In this document: positions 55,614-64,000 of the stretch, piece after piece
Layout of the letters: each line of letters opens with the position of its first letter
Position numbering within the stretch: the first letter of the stretch is position 1
Source: Vicinamibacterales bacterium
GTDB taxonomy: Bacteria; Acidobacteriota; Vicinamibacteria; Vicinamibacterales; UBA823
NCBI GenBank assembly: GCA_036012125.1
Contig: DASCOS010000004.1
Span: 154,094-218,093, forward strand
Direction of reading: 5' to 3'
Length of the DNA stretch: 64,000 bases
Notes under the pieces: model-generated
Told to the model about the DNA's origin: nothing
What the model saw: only the letters and a program-made list of their open reading frames with translations
Database searches by the model: none
Translations under genes and position numbers: made by a program

Positions 55614-57005
55614 TTACCGCGCGCTGGCACGAGCAATTTTTCGAGTAATTCGGTCCCCTATCCAGTGCGGGTCCCACCATTCGATCGGTGTGACCGGGTG
55701 GCCGTGCAGCAGCGTCGTGAAGTGCAAATGGTCGCCGCCGGCTAGGCCGGTTCTCCCGCTACGGCCAATTTCCTGCCCCTGTTGAACAGCATCTCCGACC
55801 TGGACACCGATGGATGAGAGATGGGCGTAGAGGGACTGGAGTCCCATGCCATGGTCGATCACCACGCAATTGCCATAGATACCTAGGAAGTCAGCATGGA
55901 CAACGATACCGTGGTTTGACGCCAGAATTGCTACATTGGCGGTGGCAGCAAGGTCAAATCCAAGGTGCACTTGTTGATCGATCGCCTGACCGTTGTACAG
56001 GTAGGTCCGGTGATCGGCAAAGCTTGATTCAACCTGAGAGTTACCGAGTTGGCGAAACGAACCCTGCCACAATAAGCGCGGCTGAGTTTGTTTTGCGAGC
56101 GCCAGTAGGTAGGTTGCATTTTCTTGCCGGAGGTCGGCGTTAATGCGGCTGTACTGGGCAACTAGGTCATCCTTCGGTATACCTTCGAGTAACACCCGCG
56201 CAGCATCCGATTGCTCAGCAATTGCTGGAACGACACGCTGTATGAAATTGTTTCCCACCGTGATTTGACGCCGGCGGAAGACCTTCGGGAACGTCCGGCG
56301 ATTGAAGTCGGCCCGCACTTCGTTACCCGCTGGGTCACGAGCGAAGAGCTGCATCGGTGCATTCAACTCTTGGTCGTGTAAAAGGGCAAAGAACGCGACA
56401 CGCATCGCCTCGTTCGCCCCTGTAATACCTGCTCCGGCAGCGGGGAACCCCGGATAAATTTGATTGTCCACAATAACGCCAGACTCGACGTCGTTTGGAG
56501 TCACCCGGTACACGATCATCTCAGTGCCACCGTGGTTTACATAATGCTGAGTTGATAGCACGGTCAGCCGTGGGGGTTCGAATCGTAGTTCAAGTGAATG
56601 GGTTCTCGAGGTCGAGGCTTGGCGAAGACCGTAGAGCACCGGACGGACTGCGGTCACTATGAGGTGTGCCGGTCCTTCAGTTGCCCCTGGAAGGTCGTTC
56701 AGGTCGAAGGTTCGCACGATGCGAATTCGCTCGTGAGTTTCTTGCTCGACCCTGGCTTCGCGTGGAGCCGCGAGTGAGAAGAGTGAGATCCGCGTGTCAC
56801 CTTGCTCGAGAACAGCATCAACTCCGGCAATTGTCCCTCCGGGAGTCTCAACCGAAAAGTCGAGCACGCTGGTCCGCCCGACATAGCGCTCCGGATTATT
56901 GACCTCGACCGTGGGACCGAGAGCCCGTCCGGCCCAACGATACGCTCCAACCACGGAGAAAGCCGCGAGTACGATCACTAGCAGCACTTTTGAGAATAGT
57001 GACAT
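55614..57005 (-). CDS. M23-family metalloendopeptidase (peptidoglycan hydrolase-like)
   Basis: C-terminal HGMGLQSLYAHLS...GRSGRTGLAGGDHLHF. The start is moved to MSLFSKVLLVIVLAAF (TM/signal). Confidence 0.8.
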   Translation of the reverse strand: MSLFSKVLLVIVLAAFSVVGAYRWAGRALGPTVEVNNPERYVGRTSVLDFSVETPGGTIAGVDAVLEQGDTRISLFSLAAPREARVEQETHERIRIVRTFDLNDLPGATEGPAHLIVTAVRPVLYGLRQASTSRTHSLELRFEPPRLTVLSTQHYVNHGGTEMIVYRVTPNDVESGVIVDNQIYPGFPAAGAGITGANEAMRVAFFALLHDQELNAPMQLFARDPAGNEVRADFNRRTFPKVFRRRQITVGNNFIQRVVPAIAEQSDAARVLLEGIPKDDLVAQYSRINADLRQENATYLLALAKQTQPRLLWQGSFRQLGNSQVESSFADHRTYLYNGQAIDQQVHLGFDLAATANVAILASNHGIVVHADFLGIYGNCVVIDHGMGLQSLYAHLSSIGVQVGDAVQQGQEIGRSGRTGLAGGDHLHFTTLLHGHPVTPIEWWDPHWIGDRITRKIARASAR

Positions 57006-57136
57006 TGGTTGTTTCCTCCCATCCCGTTCGTGGTCGCGAATCCCTCGACCTTTGGTATCGGACTTGGGGAGCATAGAGTTCAACGCAAATCACCTGTCTC
57101 CCCTGAAATTTGATGCTGGTTCGACACATCGGTTCA

Positions 57137-57166
57137 TTGACCCACTTGCTCGCCAGTTGCTAGAAT
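57137..57166 (+). promoter_or_regulatory. Candidate sigma70-type promoter for tRNA-Glu
   Basis: TTGACC (57137-57142), an 18-nt spacer, then TAGAAT (57161-57166), 21 nt before the tRNA 5' end. Confidence 0.45.
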
Positions 57167-57187
57167 CCAAAGTTTCGGTCGGCCCGT

Positions 57188-57262
57188 GGCGGTATCGTCT
57201 AGGGGTCAGGATGCGTGGTTCTCAGCCACGAGACCGGGGTTCGAATCCCCGTACCGCTACCA
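57188..57262 (+). tRNA. tRNA-Glu (anticodon CUC), CCA encoded
   Basis: Hand-folded cloverleaf. Acceptor GGCGGTA/TACCGCT (G1:U72 wobble), D-arm GTCT-AGGGGTC-AGGA, anticodon stem CGTGG/CCACG with loop TT-CTC-AG, T-arm CGGGG-TTCGAAT-CCCCG, and 3' ACCA. Confidence 0.85.
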
Positions 57263-57279
57263 AGCTATGGTTTTCTAAT

Positions 57280-58242
57280 ATGCGAGCGCTCGTCCTAACC
57301 GCGCTTATCGTCGGTCTTCCCATTTCTCACCTTGACACCGTTTTGGAGCGGGGCGAGATTCTCATTGGCACGACCGGCGATTATCGCCCTTTTACTTATC
57401 AGCGCCCTGATGGGACATTTGAGGGTTTTGATATCGACGCTGCGCGCCGACTTGGTGCGGATCTGGGAGTCAAGGTGCGTTTCGTTTCCACGAGTTGGCC
57501 CCAACTCGTGGAGGGGCTTCGCGCAGGACGCTACGACATCGCAATGTCTGGGATTACACGTAATCTCGAGCGCCAGAAAATCGTCTCGCTGTCGGACCCC
57601 TATCTCTCGATCGGAAAGTGTCTTCTTATTCGAAGAGCAGACCGTGCGCGTTTCACGGACCTTAGGGCCATCGATCGCCTCGGTGTTCGTATCGGTGTTA
57701 ATCCTGGTGGAACAAACGAGAGTTTCGTGAGAGAACGTATCAACACGGCTGACGTTGTCGTTATTGAGGACAATCTCTCCATCCCCGATGCCGTTGCTGA
57801 AGGACGAGTCGACGTGATGCTGACTGACAACGTCGAAGCCGTGCTAGTCGCGAACGAGGACCCGCGTCTCTTCGCCGTCCAGCCAAGCTCTCCGTTGAGT
57901 CGTGACGAACTCAGTTACATGCTCCCGCGAGATGCCCCCGCTTTCTTGAACTGGGTAAACCTGTGGGTTCACCGTATGGCGCTCAACGGCGAGTTCGAAC
58001 GCCTCCGAGAGAAGTGGATCGACGGTGTTTCTGCTTCTCCGGGAAAGCGTAGCGAGAACTCTTCAGAGGGTGCGGGCCTACGCCTTCTGGAACCTTTGGG
58101 CAACATCAGCCGTCCCGCGGTGGGTCGTCTCTTCGCCCGAGATGAATCGTGGAGCGTAATTGAAAGCTGGTTTCAAGGATGGGATTCGTTGTTTGTTAAA
58201 CGAACTCGGTCCTTGGGCGTGAGTTCAGCTGAATCGTTTTAA
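57280..58242 (+). CDS. Periplasmic substrate-binding protein, family 3 (polar amino acid / cyclohexadienyl-dehydratase-like)
   Basis: The track ORF 56899..58242 runs through the tRNA, so the real start is taken at ATG 57280 (MRALVLTALIVGL...). ILIGTTGDYRPFTY...GFDIDAARRLGADLGVKVRFV...YDIAMSGIT. It carries an unusually long ~60-aa C-terminal tail. Confidence 0.7.
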   Translation: MRALVLTALIVGLPISHLDTVLERGEILIGTTGDYRPFTYQRPDGTFEGFDIDAARRLGADLGVKVRFVSTSWPQLVEGLRAGRYDIAMSGITRNLERQKIVSLSDPYLSIGKCLLIRRADRARFTDLRAIDRLGVRIGVNPGGTNESFVRERINTADVVVIEDNLSIPDAVAEGRVDVMLTDNVEAVLVANEDPRLFAVQPSSPLSRDELSYMLPRDAPAFLNWVNLWVHRMALNGEFERLREKWIDGVSASPGKRSENSSEGAGLRLLEPLGNISRPAVGRLFARDESWSVIESWFQGWDSLFVKRTRSLGVSSAESF

Positions 58243-58258
58243 GATTAAGGAGCCCTTC

Positions 58259-59524
58259 TTGAAACATCCATTCGTGCTGGTGCTGTGTCTGATAGCAGCC
58301 ACCTCCTCCGTAAGCTTCGCCCAAATCTACGATCTCGGCGGTATGTATACCTACCACTACAGAGATGGTCGGTACTCCGACTGGGGTGATTTCAGCCTGC
58401 ACGGTTCTCGGATTGCTATTGCGGAAATTAACGAATCCGGCATGTTGGGGGACGCACTCATTCGCATGACGGACGAGAACACGATCGACTACCACTGCTG
58501 GCCAGAGAACGCGGCGCTTATGGCGGAGACACTCATGAAGAAGGGCATTCTTGTGCTCACCGGAGCGGATTGCAGTGGGCCTGCCGTCGACATTGCCCGC
58601 GTCGCTGAGAAGTACAAAATCCCAGTTGTCTCGAATGGCTCCAACGCGTCCATGCTGTCGTCAGTCGAGGAGTTTCCTTATTTCGTACGCGTGGTCAGTC
58701 CGAGTGAACAGTATGAAGGTTATTTGATTAATGTTGCTGAGCACTTTGGTGTCGAAGAGATTGCGTATTTTTATACGACGGATGCATGGGGTCTCGGAGC
58801 CAGAGACGTCATTCACGAATCTACACTGCAACGGAATATCAATATCGTGCAGGAATACAGTTATCCGCGAGACACGTCCTACGACGAGATCAGGTTGTAT
58901 ATGACCAAGGTTAAACAGGCCGGCATTAGGCATATTGTGAATACGAGTCCAACGCCGGACACAGTGAGGATATTTCGTGCGCTCCATGAGCTTGAGATGA
59001 ATGAGCCGGGCTATTCGTTCTATGCCGCCGAGATGGTTTCGGCGGATGAGGCTCCCGAGGCGGTTGCGGGCAGCCTCGGCTATTTCGCGCCCATGGTCGA
59101 GCTCATGCCATCACCGAAGTTGTCACAATTCCGGGACGCGCTTGAAAAACGATTAGGCAGGCCTGTCGACCCGAGTTCAAAAGCCTTTTTCTATGGAGCC
59201 TTAAGCTACGACCACATGTTGGCGGTGGGCTACGCCATTCGTGATATTCAAGAGGCGGGTGAGCGTGTGACCAGCCAGAACATGTTGGCATATCTCAGAA
59301 GAATGGATTTTGATGGAGCGACGGGTCATGTCGCGCTAGTGCCGGGCACCAACGATCGGGCGAACATGCCGATTCAGATCGTCAACAGTCATGGTTACAA
59401 AGATGATGGCAACACCGTGGACTTCGTGTCTGTTGGCACCGTGGATCCCGTAAGCGGTCGACTGGTATTGAACGAAGACGCTATACTGTGGCCTGGCAGT
59501 GTTACGAGCCCACCTAACCAATAA
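58259..59524 (+). CDS. Periplasmic binding protein type 1 (LivK/ANF-receptor-like ligand-binding domain)
   Basis: 421 aa with a signal peptide. FPYFVRVVSPSEQY...HFGVEEIAYFYTTDAWG...FDGATGHVAL...ILWPGSVTSPP resembles the ANF_receptor/LIVBP family. Confidence 0.7.
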   Translation: MKHPFVLVLCLIAATSSVSFAQIYDLGGMYTYHYRDGRYSDWGDFSLHGSRIAIAEINESGMLGDALIRMTDENTIDYHCWPENAALMAETLMKKGILVLTGADCSGPAVDIARVAEKYKIPVVSNGSNASMLSSVEEFPYFVRVVSPSEQYEGYLINVAEHFGVEEIAYFYTTDAWGLGARDVIHESTLQRNINIVQEYSYPRDTSYDEIRLYMTKVKQAGIRHIVNTSPTPDTVRIFRALHELEMNEPGYSFYAAEMVSADEAPEAVAGSLGYFAPMVELMPSPKLSQFRDALEKRLGRPVDPSSKAFFYGALSYDHMLAVGYAIRDIQEAGERVTSQNMLAYLRRMDFDGATGHVALVPGTNDRANMPIQIVNSHGYKDDGNTVDFVSVGTVDPVSGRLVLNEDAILWPGSVTSPPNQ

Positions 59525-59580
59525 CGAGGGAAGCGAAAAAGAGGAACGCGCGCGTTCATCAACTATAGGAAGATTCTAGG

Positions 59581-60549
59581 ATGGTGTTAAAGAGAATCGC
59601 GAAGCTTACGTTCTTGGCAACGGTAGTTTTGAGCTTGGCTTGTGGGTCCCCAGCGCCGAAAAGTTCGCCGATGGAGATCTCGGAGTTGGTAAACCAGATG
59701 CGTGACATGGCTTGGGCCGAAGAGGTTGATGCGGCGCAGACGCTTCTACAGCAGCAACGTGGGCACCATGACCAGACATCACCTGAGTGGCTGGTCGCGG
59801 CATCCTGGCTCGGTCGCGGCGCGAGTTTTGCCCAGCGCTGGGATGTAGCCGAGCAATATGCGCGTGAGGCGTACGATGGTAGCTCTGCACTTCTCAACGA
59901 TCGAGAAGTGGACTTGGAACGGCAACTTCCAACTGCACTGGGTGCTGGAATTGAAGTGCTCGGACGCGTTCAAGATGCGCGTGGTGACCGAAGCGGAGCG
60001 GTGGAGTTCTTACGTGCGCAACATGAGACTTATATGGGAACCTCAATTGAGACCCGTCTTCAGAAGAACATCTTGCTTCTTAGTCTGGAAGGACTGCCTT
60101 TCCCGGTGATTGATGTCGAGCATTACCTCGGTGAACGAGTGTTGTCGCCTGATAGCTTGAAGGGAAAGGTTGTTGTGGCATATTTCTGGGCCCACTGGTG
60201 TCCGGACTGCAAACAGCAATTGCCGATCTTGGATCAGTTGTACGAGCAATACGGTGAGCGCGATCTCGCTATCATCGGCCCGACGCAACTGTATGGCTAT
60301 ATAGCCCGTGGACAAAACGCTACGCCGGCGGAAGAACTCGAGTATTTGCGAGGCGCCTATCAGGAGCAATTTCCGGTCCCGGAATGGATGAGTGTGCCCG
60401 TGAGTCAGCAGAGCTTTCTCGACTTTGGCGTCAGCACAACGCCGACACTAGTCATCATCGACCGTGAAGGGGTCGTTGAGCTATACAACCCGGGGACACT
60501 TTCGTACGAGGAGCTATCGGCACAGGTAGAGCGCCTGCTAGCCACGTAG
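59581..60549 (+). CDS. TlpA-like thiol:disulfide oxidoreductase lipoprotein with a helical N-terminal domain
   Basis: Lipobox LSLACGS. Redoxin domain VVAYFWAHWCPDCKQQLP (WCxxC) and TTPTLVIID (cis-Pro). Confidence 0.75.
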   Translation: MVLKRIAKLTFLATVVLSLACGSPAPKSSPMEISELVNQMRDMAWAEEVDAAQTLLQQQRGHHDQTSPEWLVAASWLGRGASFAQRWDVAEQYAREAYDGSSALLNDREVDLERQLPTALGAGIEVLGRVQDARGDRSGAVEFLRAQHETYMGTSIETRLQKNILLLSLEGLPFPVIDVEHYLGERVLSPDSLKGKVVVAYFWAHWCPDCKQQLPILDQLYEQYGERDLAIIGPTQLYGYIARGQNATPAEELEYLRGAYQEQFPVPEWMSVPVSQQSFLDFGVSTTPTLVIIDREGVVELYNPGTLSYEELSAQVERLLAT

Positions 60550-60770
60550 CTGCTGCTCATTTAGACCGGTCGATTGGCCGAGGGTCCACTGGCTCTATTG
60601 CTCTGTCTTCACTACGGCGGTTTTCATCAGGTAGTAGTGACGGCAAAGGCTCTCGGTATTTGTGCTGAAGTTTCCGTCTGTCCGGAAGCGCTGGTTCTGA
60701 CAGGGGAGTCTGCTAGATGGACAAGGCTGGATACGGTTGAGATGATGTTCTGGGAATTTTAGGGGGGACT

Positions 60771-61889
60771 ATGCCTAATCGAGATCGCCTGAGAGGAATA
60801 CTGGTTGGTGCTGCATCGGCGCTTGTGATGATTGGCTTGGTGGCCTGTGGCCAGCCGGAGGCTCCGACGGCGGAGGTCGAACCGGAGCCAACGGTAATTG
60901 AGCCGATTAATGAGCTACCTAATCCCTATACCACAGAGGATGGATGGGTGATGCTGCCAGACGCGCGTGAGTGGGGTTCAACGGCTGGGGTCGACATCGA
61001 TCCCGATGGGGAACACATCTGGGCAATTGATCGCTGTGGTTCGAATTCCTGTGCTACCTCCGATCTAGATCCGATCCTCAAGATCGACCCTACAGGGAAC
61101 GTGGTCGCTAGCTTCGGCGGAGGGCTGATGCTCTTTCCGCACGGCATTCATGTCGACCCAGTGGGTAACGTGTGGATTAGCGATGCGCGAGGGCCTGACG
61201 GGGAGGACCCAAGCCAAGCCGGCAAGGGCCACGTGGTCATCAAATTCAGTCCGGAAGGTGAAGTTCTGCTGACGCTGGGTGAGGGCGGAGTGGCTGGTGA
61301 TGGCACGGGTGCTGCGCTGAACACACCGTGCGACGTGGCCGTTGGTCCGGATGGTAGCGTTTATGTTGGTGATGGCCACGAGGGGCAGAACACGGATGAC
61401 CCGAACACCGTGGCTCGCATAGCAAAATTCTCGGCTGATGGAGAGTTCATTGCCTCTTGGGGGCGGTGGGGTTCCGAGCCGGGCGAACTTAAAACACCCC
61501 ACGCGCTAGCGTTTGACTCGCTGGGCCGTCTTGTTGTTGCCGACCGTGGGAATAACCGGTTGCAGATTTTCGATGAAGAGGGCAATGCTGTTGAGGAGTT
61601 CAATCAATTCAGCCGGCCGAGCGACGTACATTTCGGCCCTGATGGGATGGTCTACGTAGCTGACTCTGAGTCCGCGTTCGACGAGGTGCGGAATCCAGGT
61701 TGGACCCCGGGTATTAGAGTCGGTAGCTTAGAAGACGGCTCGGTCAGCTATTTCATCGACGGAGCAATCGAAGGCCACGACAGGTACTCCGATGGATCGA
61801 ACCCTGAGGGGGTGGCTGTGGATGCTGCGGGTAATGTGTATGGTGCTGTAGTGTCCGGTGGCGGCGCGATGGTGCGGTCCAGTAGATAG
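60771..61889 (+). CDS. NHL-repeat six-bladed beta-propeller lipoprotein (peptidyl-alpha-hydroxyglycine lyase-like)
   Basis: Lipobox GLVACGQ. Repeated xPxxVAVxPDGxVYVxD and GNNRLQIFD units. Confidence 0.7.
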   Translation: MPNRDRLRGILVGAASALVMIGLVACGQPEAPTAEVEPEPTVIEPINELPNPYTTEDGWVMLPDAREWGSTAGVDIDPDGEHIWAIDRCGSNSCATSDLDPILKIDPTGNVVASFGGGLMLFPHGIHVDPVGNVWISDARGPDGEDPSQAGKGHVVIKFSPEGEVLLTLGEGGVAGDGTGAALNTPCDVAVGPDGSVYVGDGHEGQNTDDPNTVARIAKFSADGEFIASWGRWGSEPGELKTPHALAFDSLGRLVVADRGNNRLQIFDEEGNAVEEFNQFSRPSDVHFGPDGMVYVADSESAFDEVRNPGWTPGIRVGSLEDGSVSYFIDGAIEGHDRYSDGSNPEGVAVDAAGNVYGAVVSGGGAMVRSSR

Positions 61890-61989
61890 TAGTGCGGAAC
61901 GAAAATCGTGGCTGTCTCCGAGGTCGGCTGGTCGCGTAACCCAGGAAAACGGGATGGCGCAATCGTCTTCGATGTGATTTGGTTCAATT

Positions 61990-62199
61990 GTGGGCGCGTT
62001 TCTCGAGAGGAAAACACTATCGCGGCTCGTAACCGTGAACGATCTCTATGCGTTTGATCCGAATGCCAAGGTGTCGATCGAACCGTTCATCGACGTCATG
62101 GGACGCCACTTTAAGCAGCCGAAGGAAGGTCTCGGATGGGATAACAGTCCGTCGTCTCACATGTGGCGAACGATGATCATGCCCGACCGGCGGCTGTAA
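61990..62199 (+). CDS. Hypothetical small protein (weak call)
   Basis: 69-aa GTG-start ORF in an otherwise empty 367-bp gap. No recognisable motif and no clear RBS. Confidence 0.2.
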   Translation: MGAFLERKTLSRLVTVNDLYAFDPNAKVSIEPFIDVMGRHFKQPKEGLGWDNSPSSHMWRTMIMPDRRL

Positions 62200-62256
62200 A
62201 CGTCAATCATCGCGAAGTTCCGTTCGAACTGTGGAGTAAGCACGAAAAGGGTTGCT

Positions 62257-63258
62257 CTACAACTTTATGACCGTTCCCCGTCCTTGTTCGACGGCACGGG
62301 TGTAGGCGAGGTGGGCTGTGGCGACGTCCTCGACGGCCATGCCTAGTGACTTGAAAATGGTCACTTCTCCGGGGTGGGTCCGACCCTGATTCTGTCCGCT
62401 TACGACCTCGCCAATCTCGGCCACAAGGTGGTTCTCACTAAAGAATCCGTCTGCAATTCCTTGAACGATATCGCCGGACTCAGCGAGAGCTCCGATTCTG
62501 GAATCAACGATAACCCGTGCACGCGCGACCAGTCGTGGGTCCATCTCCCGCTGATGAGGGATTGGAGCGCCAATGGAGGTTACGTGGGCACCGTCCGCCA
62601 CCCAGTCGTTTTCGACGACAGACTCGGTAGACGACGTGGCAAGAACGATTAAGGTTGCGCCACGAATCGCTTCTTCAGCGGAGGATGTTGCCGCAAGCGG
62701 GACGTCCGTGGATGTAGACATCGTGTTCACGAATCGCCGGCGGTGGCTTTCGGTCGGACTCCAAACCCGTACGTCTCTAACGGAGAGCGCGTGGACGAAC
62801 GCGTCGAGATGACTCCGTGCCTGCACCCCGGATCCGACGATTGCCAGCTTGTGTCCGTCGGTTGGAACTTCGAGATGCTGCGCGGCCATTGCCGAGGCAG
62901 CCGCAGTCCGCGCCTCAGTGATGTAGGTTCCGTCTAGCACGGCCAGAAGTGCACCGGTCTCAGGGTTGAGCAGCACGACGGTGGCGAGGTGTGAGGGAAG
63001 GCCGTGCAGGTGATTGTGCTCGAAGATCGTGACCAGTTTGGTGCCCACCGCAGCTGGGTTCGAGAGGGCCGCTGGCATCACGCCGCAATAGGCCTTGTCA
63101 GGACCGATGCTAAATACGTTGCGGAGCGGTTGTTCAACCTTGCCCTGCGAGAATTGGGCCAAGGTCCGCTCCATTAGTGGCACCAGGTCGGGGATTGTGA
63201 CAAGGGCGCGGACGTCAGAACTATTGAGAATTAGTGGCATCGGTGCGAGTAGTGTCAT
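62257..63258 (-). CDS. Ornithine cyclodeaminase / mu-crystallin family NAD(P) enzyme
   Basis: The LAIVGSGVQARSHLDAF Rossmann fold, ITEARTAAASAMAA and IFKSLGMAVEDV are typical of the OCD/ketimine-reductase family. The start is taken at Met31 (63258); Met37 (63240) is also possible. Confidence 0.8.
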   Translation of the reverse strand: MTLLAPMPLILNSSDVRALVTIPDLVPLMERTLAQFSQGKVEQPLRNVFSIGPDKAYCGVMPAALSNPAAVGTKLVTIFEHNHLHGLPSHLATVVLLNPETGALLAVLDGTYITEARTAAASAMAAQHLEVPTDGHKLAIVGSGVQARSHLDAFVHALSVRDVRVWSPTESHRRRFVNTMSTSTDVPLAATSSAEEAIRGATLIVLATSSTESVVENDWVADGAHVTSIGAPIPHQREMDPRLVARARVIVDSRIGALAESGDIVQGIADGFFSENHLVAEIGEVVSGQNQGRTHPGEVTIFKSLGMAVEDVATAHLAYTRAVEQGRGTVIKL

Positions 63259-63315
63259 GTGGGAGCTTATAATCGTCTTACTGCTAGCCGCAACCGAAGC
63301 CACTTTAATAGCGAG

Positions 63316-64000
63316 ATGATCCATCGCCTCCGTACGATCGACGCCCACGCCGCAGGTGAGCCACTGCGTTTAATCGTCGAAGGATATCCGAGCCCTGTTG
63401 GTCGGACGATGCTTGAGAAGCGATCCTGGGTTATGGAACATCATGACGCGCTCCGACGTGCACTCATGTTCGAGCCCCGTGGGCACCTCGACATGTACGG
63501 CGCCGTACTTACCGAACCGGTAACCTCCGGCTCACATGCTGGTGTTCTCTTCATGCACAACGAGGGTTACAGCACGATGTGCGGCCACGGTATTCTAGCC
63601 GTTGTTACGATCGCGCTTGAACGTGGGCTCCTGCACTTACCTGACAGCAAAACAGAGGTTGTGCTCGACTCACCGGCTGGGCCTATCCGGGCGCGTGCGG
63701 CCGTGACTGAACGTGACGGCGTTCCGCGCGTTGAGCGGGTCACGTTCGTCAACGTGCCATCGTTTGTCTTACACCCAGGGTTGACTGTAAAGCTTGGAAA
63801 CCGCGAAGTGCCCGTCGATGTTGCTTTCGGTGGCGCTTTCTATGCCATCGTGGATGCCGAGGCGGCCGGTCTAAGAATCGGTGCTGGTGACTTAGGCTCG
63901 TTGCGGGACGTTGGCATGTTAATTAAGCGCTCAGTTGAATCCCAGGCGGTCATTGTGCATCCGGTCGATGAAGGATTAACGGGAATTTATGGGACGATCT
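63316..64000 (+). CDS. Proline racemase / hydroxyproline 2-epimerase / 3-hydroxyproline dehydratase family protein, N-terminal 228 codons (runs off the window)
   Basis: My own translation from the ATG at 63316 is MIHRLRTIDAHAAGEPLRLIVEGYP...MFEPRGHLDMYGAVLTEP...FMHNEGYSTMCGHGILAV... These are the family signature blocks, including the first catalytic Cys. Confidence 0.85.
   Translation, partial: MIHRLRTIDAHAAGEPLRLIVEGYPSPVGRTMLEKRSWVMEHHDALRRALMFEPRGHLDMYGAVLTEPVTSGSHAGVLFMHNEGYSTMCGHGILAVVTIALERGLLHLPDSKTEVVLDSPAGPIRARAAVTERDGVPRVERVTFVNVPSFVLHPGLTVKLGNREVPVDVAFGGAFYAIVDAEAAGLRIGAGDLGSLRDVGMLIKRSVESQAVIVHPVDEGLTGIYGTI

Noticed and set aside
56899-57279. N-terminal 127 codons of the 447-aa track ORF 56899..58242
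   Set aside because: This part is antisense to the M23 peptidase start and reads straight through the tRNA-Glu gene. The binding-protein homology begins at the ATG at 57280.
61954-62199. Upstream extension of the small ORF through ATG-TGA (MAQSSSM-U-FGSIVGAF...)
   Set aside because: There is no redox motif around the TGA, no family resemblance and no obvious hairpin. It is retained only as a low-confidence hypothetical CDS from the GTG at 61990.
1-64000. Search for CRISPR arrays, IS/transposase, integrase, phage, toxin-antitoxin or defence-system genes, and for long direct or inverted repeats
   Set aside because: None were recognised among the translated ORFs or by visual inspection of the intergenic regions. 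The tRNA-Glu is not flanked by integrase or repeat signatures. Repeat detection by eye is limited, and a self-dot-plot would be needed to be definitive.

Overview
This is a gene-dense bacterial chromosomal segment with moderately high GC. I support about 66 CDS and one tRNA, tRNA-Glu(CUC). All product calls come from reading the translations and recognising family motifs; no database search was possible.

The content is core and peripheral metabolism, not a mobile or defence island. I saw no CRISPR array, IS element, integrase, phage or toxin-antitoxin signatures.

Main blocks:
- Amino-acid and amine catabolism: a group II decarboxylase, a D-threonine-aldolase-like PLP enzyme, P5C dehydrogenase, two tandem PYROXD2/CrtI-like flavoproteins, a GcvT-like protein, diaminopropionate ammonia-lyase with an APC permease, threonine dehydratase, and ornithine cyclodeaminase next to a proline-racemase-family gene.
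- Respiration and redox: a three-gene succinate dehydrogenase with a single large membrane anchor, PntAA/AB/B transhydrogenase, and a CtaA/CtaB heme a operon with an ABC-2 exporter, DUF420 and a cupredoxin lipoprotein.
- Cofactor and tRNA genes: ribA, queF, lipB, panE, thiI, ygfZ and a PduO-type adenosyltransferase.
- DNA repair: a short mutY coupled to mutT.
- Other: def, a long ThyX-like gene and several secreted hydrolases.

The strongest unusual signal is two genes interrupted by an in-frame TGA exactly where the family carries its redox-active cysteine, which makes both candidate selenoproteins:
- An OsmC/Ohr-family gene (1388..1852, UGA at 1580-1582) with a perfect 7-bp hairpin 18 nt downstream.
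- A 71-codon glutaredoxin-like gene absent from the ORF track (42582..42797, UGA at 42618-42620, motif U-P-Y-T in place of C-P-Y-C), followed by an intrinsic terminator.

No Sec-decoding genes (selA, selB, selC, selD) are visible in the window.

Secondary leads:
- A tandem PYROXD2-like + GcvT-like + pruA cluster, a candidate N-methyl-amine/amino-acid demethylation route.
- An iodotyrosine-deiodinase-like nitroreductase.
- An AmiE-like/NamZ fusion.
- An FHA gene coupled to pnt.
- A prenyl-synthase/GGR-like operon.
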